Shown here in pieces: positions 47,480 to 55,831 of a stretch of 64,000 nucleotides of DNA. Position numbers and translations under genes: made by a program. The stretch is from Bryobacteraceae bacterium (GTDB taxonomy: Bacteria; Acidobacteriota; Terriglobia; Bryobacterales; Bryobacteraceae). The first letter of the stretch is position 1. Each line of letters opens with the position of its first letter. The notes below the pieces were generated by a model, which saw nothing but the letters and a program-made list of their open reading frames with translations, searched no databases and had not been told where the DNA came from. The DNA lies in the NCBI GenBank assembly GCA_035550475.1, contig DASZPB010000073.1, positions 76,224 to 140,223 of the forward strand, given 5' to 3'.

Positions 47480-48483
47480 GAGGAAGCCTCCCGTCCGATC
47501 TGGCGGAGGTTGTGCCAGTTCAGCCCGTCCTTCAGCGCCAGAGCCAACCCAATCGGCACAATTGCTACAAATGTAAAAATCCAGATCACCAAGGCAAACG
47601 TCGTTGCCAGTTCGAAACGCACGCCGAACAGTTCGGTTAGGACCAAAACCGCGACAACCTGCATTCCTCCCCCGACTCCGGGTATTTGTACAGCGGCTCC
47701 AAAGGAAACAAAGCCCATAAAGATCAGCACATCGACCAAATTCAGGTTCACTGTACCAGCAAATGCCTGCGCCAGGCACCAGTAGCAGCCCGCGATGAGC
47801 ACCCACTCAATCGCCGAATAGGCGAATACCAGGAAGAGAGAGCCGTCGCTGCGCGTCGATTCCACGCCTTGCACAAAGTTGGCGATGAGCCTTTCCATTC
47901 TAAGAAATTGATGCTCGGGGAGGAAGTGCAGAGCTGACATGAGGCGTCCCCGCATCGGTTCGGCGAAGTGGCGGAACAGCAGCAGCAGCACGAATAGCGC
48001 GATACACGTCAGCGCGACCACTTTGCCGCCAACGGCGAGGACCCAGGCGAGTGTCGGGCCCACGGTTAAACCGGATGTCCGTACCCGCGTCAGGGCGTAG
48101 GCAAACACCAACAGGGCCATGAGTATATCGAATATCCGTTCCACCACCCAGGCCGCTAATTGAGAAGGCACGGAAACCCGCTCCTTTACCGCGATCAGGT
48201 AGGGCCGCACGAATTCACCCGGGCGCCCGAACAGCGTAATGGCAGTAAAGCCGATGATCGTCGCCGAGAGCAGATTGCGGAGCGAAGGCTCGGGTTTCAC
48301 AGGTTTCAGCAGCACCGCCCAGCGCAGCGCGCGGCCGTAATAAGTTCCGAAAATCGGAACGAGCGCCACCAGCAGCCACGGCCACCGGAGCTTGGCGAGA
48401 CTGGCGCCGAACAGATGCCAATCGAAGGCTCTCGCCGACCATTCGTAACGAAACCACCACAAAATGATGGCGGCTGCCGCCAC
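47476..48483 (-). CDS. Polytopic membrane protein, LPG_synthase_TM/UPF0104 (flippase-like) family
   Basis: 335 aa, about 8 TM. The pattern ...YYGRALRWAVLLKP...GRPGEFVRPYLIA resembles the lysylphosphatidylglycerol-synthase TM-region family. Family call from memory. Confidence 0.55.
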   Translation of the reverse strand: MAAAAIILWWFRYEWSARAFDWHLFGASLAKLRWPWLLVALVPIFGTYYGRALRWAVLLKPVKPEPSLRNLLSATIIGFTAITLFGRPGEFVRPYLIAVKERVSVPSQLAAWVVERIFDILMALLVFAYALTRVRTSGLTVGPTLAWVLAVGGKVVALTCIALFVLLLLFRHFAEPMRGRLMSALHFLPEHQFLRMERLIANFVQGVESTRSDGSLFLVFAYSAIEWVLIAGCYWCLAQAFAGTVNLNLVDVLIFMGFVSFGAAVQIPGVGGGMQVVAVLVLTELFGVRFELATTFALVIWIFTFVAIVPIGLALALKDGLNWHNLRQIGREASS

Positions 48484-48621
48484 GCAGGCTGCGGCCCACT
48501 TCCACGTATGACGGTGACTCAGGCTTCCCCCGCCCGGATCTGCCTCAAAAGAACTGGCATGCCGGAAAAATTGAACCTATCATGATAAAGCCTCGTTACT
48601 TGATTTGAAAGAGCGAGTGCC

Positions 48622-49299
48622 ATGGCGAGCGCGACGCTACCCTTTGCGATATTTGGTAACAACGCGGCCGGTGAATCGTCCCTGGAACGAGGGATGGGTG
48701 TCCGCGGAGACGGCCATTTGGTAGAACGTAGCTTGGACTTCGAAATCAGTCTGGTCACGCGGTGCCTGAACGGTGACGAGACCGCCTGGGAGGAGTTGAT
48801 CCGGCGCCACTCCCGGCAGGTCTACGGTTTATGTTACCGCTTTACGGGGAGCGGTCCGGAAGCACAGGATCTTACCCAGGATGTTTTCCTGCGCGTTTTC
48901 CGCACCTTGCGCACCTTCCGCGCGAGCGATGGCTCTTTCTCCACTTGGCTGGCGCGAGTGACGCGTAACCTTTTGATCGACCACTACCGCCGCACCCGTC
49001 AGGACCGTGTGACGGATTCGATTGAGGGGCAGCTTCCCGTGCTCGAAGAGAGCGGCGGTGCGGCGCCGGCTCCCGATCACGCCGTAGCCGGTCGCGAAGC
49101 AAGCGAGATTTTGCAGACCACCTTGCAAAGGCTTTCACCGGATTTGCGCGAGGCCGTGATTTTGCGGGATTTGCAGGAAATGGAGTATCGTGAGATCGCT
49201 ACTATTCTGGGGATACCGGAAGGTACGGTGAAATCACGGATTAACCGCGGCCGCGCGGAACTGGCGCGGTTGCTGCGGAAGCAGAAGCTGGTTGTATGA
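48622..49299 (+). CDS. ECF-type RNA polymerase sigma factor
   Basis: Region 2 DETAWEELIRRHSRQVYGLCYRFTGSGPEAQDLTQDVFLRVF and region 4 REAVILRDLQEMEYREIATILGIPEGTVKSRINRGRAELA. The true start may be internal (for example the Met at 48694). Confidence 0.85.
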   Translation: MASATLPFAIFGNNAAGESSLERGMGVRGDGHLVERSLDFEISLVTRCLNGDETAWEELIRRHSRQVYGLCYRFTGSGPEAQDLTQDVFLRVFRTLRTFRASDGSFSTWLARVTRNLLIDHYRRTRQDRVTDSIEGQLPVLEESGGAAPAPDHAVAGREASEILQTTLQRLSPDLREAVILRDLQEMEYREIATILGIPEGTVKSRINRGRAELARLLRKQKLVV

Positions 49300-49898
49300 A
49301 GTGCGCGGACTTGGAAATCCGCATCTGTGATTATCTGGACGGAACGCTCGCGCCGGCCGAAAGGGCCGCGGTCGAGCAGCATCTGGCCGAATGCCCAACG
49401 TGTGCCGCGATGGCGAAAGATTGTGCCGCGGCTGTGGACTTCATGGGCCGGGCGGCCGATGTCGAACCGCCGCCCGAACTGATTACCCGCATTCTGTTCG
49501 ACGGCCCCTGGACGCATAAGAAGCCCGCGGGCGGCGCCAAAGGATGGTTCGCCTCACTGGTGAGCCCGATCCTGCGGCCCAAGTTTTCGATGGGAATGGC
49601 GATGACCATTCTCTGGTTGTCTATGTTGGCCAAGTTTGTTCTGCCCGTGCGGCAGTTGCGGCCTTCCGATTTTGAGCCCTCGCAAGTGTGGGCTTCGCTC
49701 GAGGACCGCGGCTATCGAGTGTGGGCGCGCACGCTGAAGTTTTACGACAATCTGAAGTTTGTGTACCAGATTCAAACCACGCTGAACGAATGGCAACAAC
49801 AACAAGAAGAAGAGCAGCGGACTCCCCCGCCGCCGGGAAACCCCGGCACGCAGACCGACGATCGGAAGCTGCCGGTGCAGCCGGGGACGTCCCATTAG
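49296..49898 (+). CDS. Anti-sigma factor, zf-HC2 type, membrane
   Basis: ATGA overlap with the sigma gene. HLAECPTCAAM is the H-x3-C-x2-C motif. One hydrophobic segment (MGMAMTILWLSMLAKFVL). Confidence 0.8.
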   Translation: MKCADLEIRICDYLDGTLAPAERAAVEQHLAECPTCAAMAKDCAAAVDFMGRAADVEPPPELITRILFDGPWTHKKPAGGAKGWFASLVSPILRPKFSMGMAMTILWLSMLAKFVLPVRQLRPSDFEPSQVWASLEDRGYRVWARTLKFYDNLKFVYQIQTTLNEWQQQQEEEQRTPPPPGNPGTQTDDRKLPVQPGTSH

Positions 49899-49907
49899 GG
49901 GATTGCT

Positions 49908-50597
49908 ATGAACTGCCAGAATCATCCTGACGTGCCGGCTGCGGCCTATTGCCGCACTTGTGGCAAACCGGTTTGTGAGCAGTGCCGTTACGAAGCTTCT
50001 GGAACGGTATTCTGCGCGGAGCATGCGCCGGTGCAGACCTCGCAGGCCGCGCCGCCGCCTTCCGTGCCACCGATGCCACCGCCGATGATACCGCCAATGG
50101 GACGTCCCCAATATGCGAACGTCTCTCCAGGTCTCGCGCTCATCCTGGGTTTCCTCATCCCGGGTGTGGGCGCCATTTACAACGGCCAGTACGCCAAAGG
50201 CCTGGTGCACGCAGTGGTCTTCGGTCTTTTGGTCAGCATCCTGAGTTCCGGGCACGAGGGCATGGCGCCGCTGTTCGCCTTTTTGCTGACGGCCTGGGTC
50301 TTCTATATGGGCTTTGAGGCTTATCACACCGCGCGCCGGCGGAGAGCGGGAGAGCCGGTGGATGAATTCTCGAGCCTGCTCAACTTGCACGGCGGTCGCA
50401 ATCAAGCGCCGGTAGCGGCCGTGATCCTCATCGTGCTCGGTGTTCTGCTTTTGCTTGACACGCTCGATGTGCTCAGTTTCGAATTCTTGGTGCGCTATTG
50501 GCCGGTGTTGCTGATCGCCGCGGGCGTCTACCTCTTGTACGGCCGCGTCGCCGGCCGCCAATCCCCAACGGCCGGAGTTTCTCATGAACGGCAATAA
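49908..50597 (+). CDS. Membrane protein with N-terminal B-box-type zinc finger and C-terminal LiaF-N/DUF5668-like TM hairpin
   Basis: The N-terminus has eight Zn ligands: C-x2-H-x8-C-x2-C-x4-C-x2-C-x9-C-x2-H (MNCQNHPDVPAAAYCRTCGKPVCEQCRYEASGTVFCAEH). A Pro-rich linker follows. TM segments include GVGAIYNGQYAKG (TM2-domain-like), and the tail is VAAVILIVLGVLLLLDTL...RYWPVLLIAAGVYLLY. Confidence 0.7.
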   Translation: MNCQNHPDVPAAAYCRTCGKPVCEQCRYEASGTVFCAEHAPVQTSQAAPPPSVPPMPPPMIPPMGRPQYANVSPGLALILGFLIPGVGAIYNGQYAKGLVHAVVFGLLVSILSSGHEGMAPLFAFLLTAWVFYMGFEAYHTARRRRAGEPVDEFSSLLNLHGGRNQAPVAAVILIVLGVLLLLDTLDVLSFEFLVRYWPVLLIAAGVYLLYGRVAGRQSPTAGVSHERQ

Positions 50598-50880
50598 TAC
50601 GTCGCTGGCGCGAACCATTCGCGGGCCCATCACGATCATCACGATCGGTGTGCTGTTCGCGCTGAATAATTTCACGCCTTACAGCTTCGGCAAGACCTGG
50701 CCGGTCATCCTGATTGTCTTCGGACTGCTAAGTCTGCTGGGCCGCGCCGAACCAGCCGATACGCCGCCGGTTTTTCCGCCCCCGGGATATGCGCAGCCGC
50801 CCTATCCGCCGCAAAGCGCGCCGCCGCGCCCGGATAATCCGAGCCAACCGCCCCCGCCGCCTACAGGAGGCTACCGATGA
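50584..50880 (+). CDS. Small two-TM protein (DUF5668/LiaF-N-like) with Pro-rich tail
   Basis: 98 aa. IRGPITIITIGVLFALNNF and TWPVILIVFGLLSLLG are followed by PPVFPPPGYAQPPYPPQSAPPRPDNPSQPPPPPTGGY. Overlaps both neighbours (14 nt and 4 nt). Confidence 0.6.
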   Translation: MNGNNTSLARTIRGPITIITIGVLFALNNFTPYSFGKTWPVILIVFGLLSLLGRAEPADTPPVFPPPGYAQPPYPPQSAPPRPDNPSQPPPPPTGGYR

Positions 50881-52295
50881 GGCGTCGCCCCTTCACCGGG
50901 CCGCTGATTCTGGTGTTATTGGGTCTGCTGTTTCTTTGGAACAACCTGCACCCGGAGACGCCGGTCTTCGACCTGATTTCTCAGTACTGGCCCTTCATTC
51001 TGATCGGTTGGGGGCTGTTGCGCCTCATCGAAGTTTTGATCTGGCGCGAAACGCCGTATCGCGGCAGTTTCACGGGAGGCGAAATCGCGCTCGTGGTCCT
51101 GATCTGTATCGCGGGCTCCGGCATTTGGGCGGCACATCGTCATGGCATCCGCTTCACCCCGGGCGGTCTGCAAATGTTCGGGAATGATTTCGATTTCCCG
51201 GTGGCGGCGCAGGCTCCGGCCGGCGGCGTGAAGCGCATTGTATTCGATAATCTGCGCGGCAACCTGCGCGTGACCGGAGCAGACGTTGCCAACGTGACGG
51301 TCAACGGCCACAAACTCGTGCGCGCCTACAACCGCGGCGAAGCCGAGAGCACGGACCACAAGACGCCGGTCGAAATCGTGACGCAAGGCGACCGCCTGCT
51401 GATCCGCACGAATCAGGATCATGCGCCCGGCAGCCAGCGGATTTCCGACGACCTCGAAGTGACCGTGCCGCGGGCAATGGCAATTGAAGCCCGCGGGCGG
51501 TACGGTGATTTCCAAATCAGCGACGTGTCGGGCGATGTCGATCTGACCTCTGACCGCGCGGACGTGCGGTTGGCGCGGCTTGACGGCAATGCCCGCATCC
51601 AGGTGGGCCGCAGCGATCTGATTCGCGCGGTGGCCGTGAAAGGCGCTGTTGATATCGATGGGCGCGGCTCCGACATCGATCTCCAGAACATTTCCGGGCA
51701 AGTCACCATCAACGGCGCGTTCATGGGAACACTCGCTTTCCAGAACCTCGCTAAGCCGCTGCAGTTTGAAGGCGCGCGCAATACCGAGATGCACGTGGCG
51801 GCCGTCCCCGGGCACATCAGCATGGATCTGGGGGAATTCAACGGCCGCAATCTCACCGGGCCGGTGCGGCTGGTGATGCGGTCGCGCGACGTGCGGATAC
51901 AGAACTTCACGCAATCGCTCGAACTCGAAAGCGATCGCGGCGATATCGAACTGACTCCGGCGCATATTCCCTTGCCGTCCATCGAAGTGCGCTCAGCGGC
52001 GGGAAGCATTGAACTGATGCTCCCCGAAAAATCCGAGTTCCAGTTGCAGGCTACAGCCGAACGCGGCGACGCTCTGAATGAATTCGGACCGGGCATTCAA
52101 AAAGACGTCGATGGGCGCAGCGCCACGCTGAAGGGCAAAGTGGGCGACGGGCCGATGGTTCACCTCTCGACCGAACGCGGATCGATTTCGATCCGCAAGG
52201 CCGGGGCCGCTGACCGCCCACTGGTGCCGGCCGCTCCCCTTCCACCGCATTCACCGGGAGTACCGGATCTCAAAGACAGCGAGACGGAATTGTGA
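50877..52295 (+). CDS. Membrane-anchored DUF4097 (LiaG-like putative beta-helix 'adhesin') protein
   Basis: The N-terminal TM segments are PLILVLLGLLFLWNNL, YWPFILIGWGLLRLIEV and IALVVLICIAGSGIW. Iterated units follow, e.g. GNLRVTGADVANVTVNG, GDFQISDVSGDVDLTSDRADVRL and GSDIDLQNISGQVTING, typical of DUF4097. Confidence 0.7.
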   Translation: MRRRPFTGPLILVLLGLLFLWNNLHPETPVFDLISQYWPFILIGWGLLRLIEVLIWRETPYRGSFTGGEIALVVLICIAGSGIWAAHRHGIRFTPGGLQMFGNDFDFPVAAQAPAGGVKRIVFDNLRGNLRVTGADVANVTVNGHKLVRAYNRGEAESTDHKTPVEIVTQGDRLLIRTNQDHAPGSQRISDDLEVTVPRAMAIEARGRYGDFQISDVSGDVDLTSDRADVRLARLDGNARIQVGRSDLIRAVAVKGAVDIDGRGSDIDLQNISGQVTINGAFMGTLAFQNLAKPLQFEGARNTEMHVAAVPGHISMDLGEFNGRNLTGPVRLVMRSRDVRIQNFTQSLELESDRGDIELTPAHIPLPSIEVRSAAGSIELMLPEKSEFQLQATAERGDALNEFGPGIQKDVDGRSATLKGKVGDGPMVHLSTERGSISIRKAGAADRPLVPAAPLPPHSPGVPDLKDSETEL

Positions 52296-52366
52296 TCGGG
52301 CGCGAACAGAGGCGGAGCAATCGCCCCGCGGCGTACACGCGATTTCGGATTCCGGGCGTCTGAGGA

Positions 52367-53647
52367 ATGTCGCGTGCGCTGGTTGTTCTATTCCTCATCA
52401 ACGTTCTGAATTTCTACGACCGCCAGGTGTTGGGCGCAATACTCGAGCCCTTGCGGCGTGAGTTCCACCTTTCTGACGCGCAACTCGGCGGCCTCACCAC
52501 GATTTTCACCGTCGTTTACGCGGTGGTCGGCCTGCCACTGGGTAGGCTCGCGGACACGTGGAGCCGGAAGCGTCTGCTGGCGTGGGGCGTCGCCGTGTGG
52601 GGCGGCCTCACGGGCTTAGGTGCGGCGGCGGCCAGCTATGCAGTGTTATTGGCGACGCGTTTGGGTGTGGGGATCGGCGAGGCCGTTTGTGCGCCGGTGG
52701 CCAGCAGTTGGATCGGCGATGTCGTGCCGGTGAACGGGCGCGCCAAAGCCATGGCGGGGTTCATGCTGGCCGTGCCCATCGGCGGTATGTTGAGCTTCGC
52801 CGTAAGCGGACCGGTGGCGCAGGCGTACGGATGGCGCACCGCCATGTTGCTGGCCGCGGCGCCCGCGCTGCTGCTGGTGCCCGTGGTGCTCTGGCTGCGC
52901 GAGCCACTGCGCACGGCGCCCGCCGTAACGCAGCAAACAGGCCGATGGTTTGCGCCGCTTGCCCTCTTGCGCAATCCGGCGTTTATCTGGATTGTGATTT
53001 CGGGCGCCATCGTCAACTTCAGCCTGTATTCCTTCTCTACGTTTCTGCCGGCATTCCTGACGCGTTTTCACGGGCTTTCGGTTGCGCAATCGGGCGTGTC
53101 GACGGGAATCGGTTCCGGCGTAGCGGGGCTGCTCGGCGGCGTAGCGGCGGGCATCTACGGCGACCGCGTGATCCGCGGAGGGCTGCACCGGCGGATGGCA
53201 TTGGCAGCCGGGGCCGCGTTGGTCTCCGCGCCCTTCGCCTTCGCCGCCATTCTGCTTCCCTCTGGCCACGCCGCCCAAGCTGTGCCGTTGCTCATGACGG
53301 CCTATGGCCTGCTGCAGATGTACTACGGGTTAGTCTATGCAGCCATTCAGGATATTGTGGGCCCCGACCTGCGCGGCACGGCGATGGCTGTCTACTTCAT
53401 GGCGATGTACTTGTGCGGCGCTTCATTCGGGCCGCTTGTCACCGGGCGGCTCAGCGATCACTTCGCGCAGATTGCGGCGCGCGCCGCCGGTTCGCCCGTC
53501 ATTACCGAAGCTGCCAAAGCTTCCGGCCTGCATCAGGCGATGTATGTGATCCCGGTGTTTTCCGTCGCTTTGGCTGCGGCGCTGTGGGCCGGAGCGCGCA
53601 GCTTGGCCTCCGGCAGTCCGGCTACTCCGGCACGCCATAGCGCGTGA
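52367..53647 (+). CDS. MFS transporter
   Basis: 426 aa, 12 predicted TM. The motif A-like GLPLGRLADTWSRKRLL sits between TM2 and TM3. Confidence 0.85.
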   Translation: MSRALVVLFLINVLNFYDRQVLGAILEPLRREFHLSDAQLGGLTTIFTVVYAVVGLPLGRLADTWSRKRLLAWGVAVWGGLTGLGAAAASYAVLLATRLGVGIGEAVCAPVASSWIGDVVPVNGRAKAMAGFMLAVPIGGMLSFAVSGPVAQAYGWRTAMLLAAAPALLLVPVVLWLREPLRTAPAVTQQTGRWFAPLALLRNPAFIWIVISGAIVNFSLYSFSTFLPAFLTRFHGLSVAQSGVSTGIGSGVAGLLGGVAAGIYGDRVIRGGLHRRMALAAGAALVSAPFAFAAILLPSGHAAQAVPLLMTAYGLLQMYYGLVYAAIQDIVGPDLRGTAMAVYFMAMYLCGASFGPLVTGRLSDHFAQIAARAAGSPVITEAAKASGLHQAMYVIPVFSVALAAALWAGARSLASGSPATPARHSA

Positions 53648-53966
53648 GCAGTTCCACCGCGCGCGCGTTGCCATGCAGTTCGCCCGCCCGCGCGTGCTGC
53701 CACGCTGCCCTATAATCCTCGCGCACGGCGTAGATCTCCGCCAGCGCCACGTGGGCATCGGCCAGCCCATCATCCAGGCGCACGGCTTCGAGCAGCAGTC
53801 CCAGCGCCTCATCGGGCCGGTACATCATCCGGCAGAGTTGCGCCAGGTGGTAATAGGGAAGGGGGTTGGCAGGCTCGCGCTCGATCCAGGCGCACTGTTC
53901 CTCCACGTGGCCGCGCGTTTCCTGATCGAGGGCGAAATCGATCACGTTTTTCCGCCAGAAACTCAC
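53622..53966 (-). CDS. Small helical-repeat (TPR-like) protein, hypothetical
   Basis: 114 aa, GTG start in a GTGA overlap with the upstream gene stop. Helical pairs YYHLAQLCRMMYRPDEALGLLLEAVRLDDGLADAHVALAEIYAVREDYRAAWQHA look TPR-like. The 3' end overlaps the convergent MFS gene by 26 nt. Confidence 0.45.
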   Translation of the reverse strand: MSFWRKNVIDFALDQETRGHVEEQCAWIEREPANPLPYYHLAQLCRMMYRPDEALGLLLEAVRLDDGLADAHVALAEIYAVREDYRAAWQHARAGELHGNARAVELLTRYGVPE

Positions 53967-55255
53967 GGGCGCGCTCCGATCAGCATGATCCGTACGTCCG
54001 CCACGTTCGTGTTCGTCGGGCCGGTTTTGACCAGATCGCCAAGCGACTCGAAGTAATGGTAGGAATCATTCGCGTCCAGATACTGGCGCGCATGAGGATT
54101 GCGCGCGAGAGTCGTGCCATCGGCAATCGCGCCGGCGGCATCGGTCGGGCCGTCGGTGCCATCGGTGCCGGCGCTGAACACAACGGTGCGCGGCAAGCCG
54201 GCGATATCAATCGCGGCCGCCAGCACAAATTCCTGATTGCGCCCGCCCAATCCCTCGCCCGCCAGTGTCACCGTCGTTTCGCCGCCCGTGATGATGCAGG
54301 CCGGCGGCTTGACAGGCTGTCCCGTGTGAACCACTTCGCGCGCAATGGCGGCGTGCATGCGCGCAATCTCGCGCGTCTCCCCTTCGATTTCGCTCGAGAG
54401 CACGAGCGTACGGAAGCCCAGTTCGCGGGCCCGCCGCGCCGCTGCCGCGAGCGCGAGTGCGTTGCTGCCCACAATGACATTGCGCACGCGGCGGAAGGCC
54501 GGATCGGGAGGTTTGGGCGTCTCGGCGATTGCGCCGGCCGCTCCGCTTTCGAGGCGCTCCCGCACGGAAGCGGGCACACGCGCGCGGATTCCGTACCGGT
54601 CGAGAATAGCGAGGGCTTCGCCGAATGTGGAAGCGTCCGGCGCGCTGGGCCCGGAGCCGATCACATCCAGGTTGTCGCCGACCACATCGGAGAGTAGCAG
54701 CGCTTCGACCGCCGCCGGCGCCGCCAGCCGCGCCAGTTGTCCGCCCTTGATGCGCGAGATGTGTTTGCGGATCGCGTTCATCTCGTGAATGTTCGCGCCG
54801 CTCGCCAGCAGCAGCCGCGTAGCTGCTTGTTTCTCTTCGAGAGTCACCGGCGGCGCGGGAAGCGGTAATAACGCGGAGGCTCCGCCCGAAATCAGGCAGA
54901 TCACCAGATCATCCACTCCGGCGCTTTCTGCCAGTGCGGCAATGCGTTCGGCTCCAGCGACGCCGCGCTGATCCGGCACCGGATGTCCGCATTCGTTGAG
55001 TTCGATGCGCCGCAGCTTCGCTAAGTGGCCATCCTTCACGTTGATCAGACCGGCCGTCACGTGCCGTCCCAGCACGCGTTCGGCGGCCCGTGCCATCGAA
55101 GCTCCAGCCTTTCCCGCGCCGACTACGAAGATGCGGCGGTAGCGCCCGGTATCGAGCCGTTCGAGATGGCGCGTTACAGCGCTGGCCGGGTCAGCCGCGG
55201 CCAGCGCCGCTTTGAAGATGGAGAGCGCCTGGCGGCGCAGCGCGGCTTCACTCAT
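53963..55255 (-). CDS. Glycerate 2-kinase / hydroxypyruvate reductase-like (DUF4147 + MOFRL)
   Basis: 430 aa. The N-terminal FVVGAGKAGASMARAAE and the C-terminal GGETTVTLAGEGLGGRNQEF...FSAGTDGTDGPTDAAGA are typical of MOFRL-family glycerate kinases. Confidence 0.85.
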   Translation of the reverse strand: MSEAALRRQALSIFKAALAAADPASAVTRHLERLDTGRYRRIFVVGAGKAGASMARAAERVLGRHVTAGLINVKDGHLAKLRRIELNECGHPVPDQRGVAGAERIAALAESAGVDDLVICLISGGASALLPLPAPPVTLEEKQAATRLLLASGANIHEMNAIRKHISRIKGGQLARLAAPAAVEALLLSDVVGDNLDVIGSGPSAPDASTFGEALAILDRYGIRARVPASVRERLESGAAGAIAETPKPPDPAFRRVRNVIVGSNALALAAAARRARELGFRTLVLSSEIEGETREIARMHAAIAREVVHTGQPVKPPACIITGGETTVTLAGEGLGGRNQEFVLAAAIDIAGLPRTVVFSAGTDGTDGPTDAAGAIADGTTLARNPHARQYLDANDSYHYFESLGDLVKTGPTNTNVADVRIMLIGARP

Positions 55256-55300
55256 TGCGGGCTCCGGATCATCGTCGCTTCCGTCATTCGAGCGCTCTTA

Positions 55301-55831
55301 TTATCGGAACAAGGAATGGGCGAGGATCGCCTCGACCGCCTCTTCGGCGTCATCGCAGTTAATTGGCACGTGCACGTCCGCCAGTTGATAGATCTCACGC
55401 CGCGCCCGGTAGAGTGCGGCAAACTTCACCGGATCTCGCGCCAGCGGCCGGTGCGATTCCCGCGCCACTCGCCTCTCGACAATTTCGAAAGGGCAGTCGA
55501 GCCATACCGTGACTCCATGATCCGCCAGCATCTCGCGGTTGGAGTCTTCGATGAACGCTCCGCCTCCCAGCGCTACGACGGCCGGGTGTCCACGCTCGAT
55601 CCACCGCACGTAACGGCGAATGACCCCGGTTTCGATGTCCCGGAATTCCTGTTCGCCGCGCAGCTCGAATATTTCGGAGATGGACATCTGCTCGGACTCC
55701 TCGATTTCATCGTCGGTGTCGAAGAAACTCCAACCCAGCCGGTCCGCCAAGCTTCGGCCCACGGTCGATTTGCCCGACCCCATGAACCCTACCACGTAAA
55801 CTCCAGGAGTCCGTTTCAGCCGCAGGTTCAT
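55301..55831 (-). CDS. aroK: Shikimate kinase
   Basis: ORF trimmed to ATG 55831 (an ATGA overlap with the upstream SDR stop). Walker A VVGFMGSGKSTVGRSLADRLGWSFFDTDDEIE, then GEQEFRDIE and ALGGGAF. Confidence 0.9.
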   Translation of the reverse strand: MNLRLKRTPGVYVVGFMGSGKSTVGRSLADRLGWSFFDTDDEIEESEQMSISEIFELRGEQEFRDIETGVIRRYVRWIERGHPAVVALGGGAFIEDSNREMLADHGVTVWLDCPFEIVERRVARESHRPLARDPVKFAALYRARREIYQLADVHVPINCDDAEEAVEAILAHSLFR

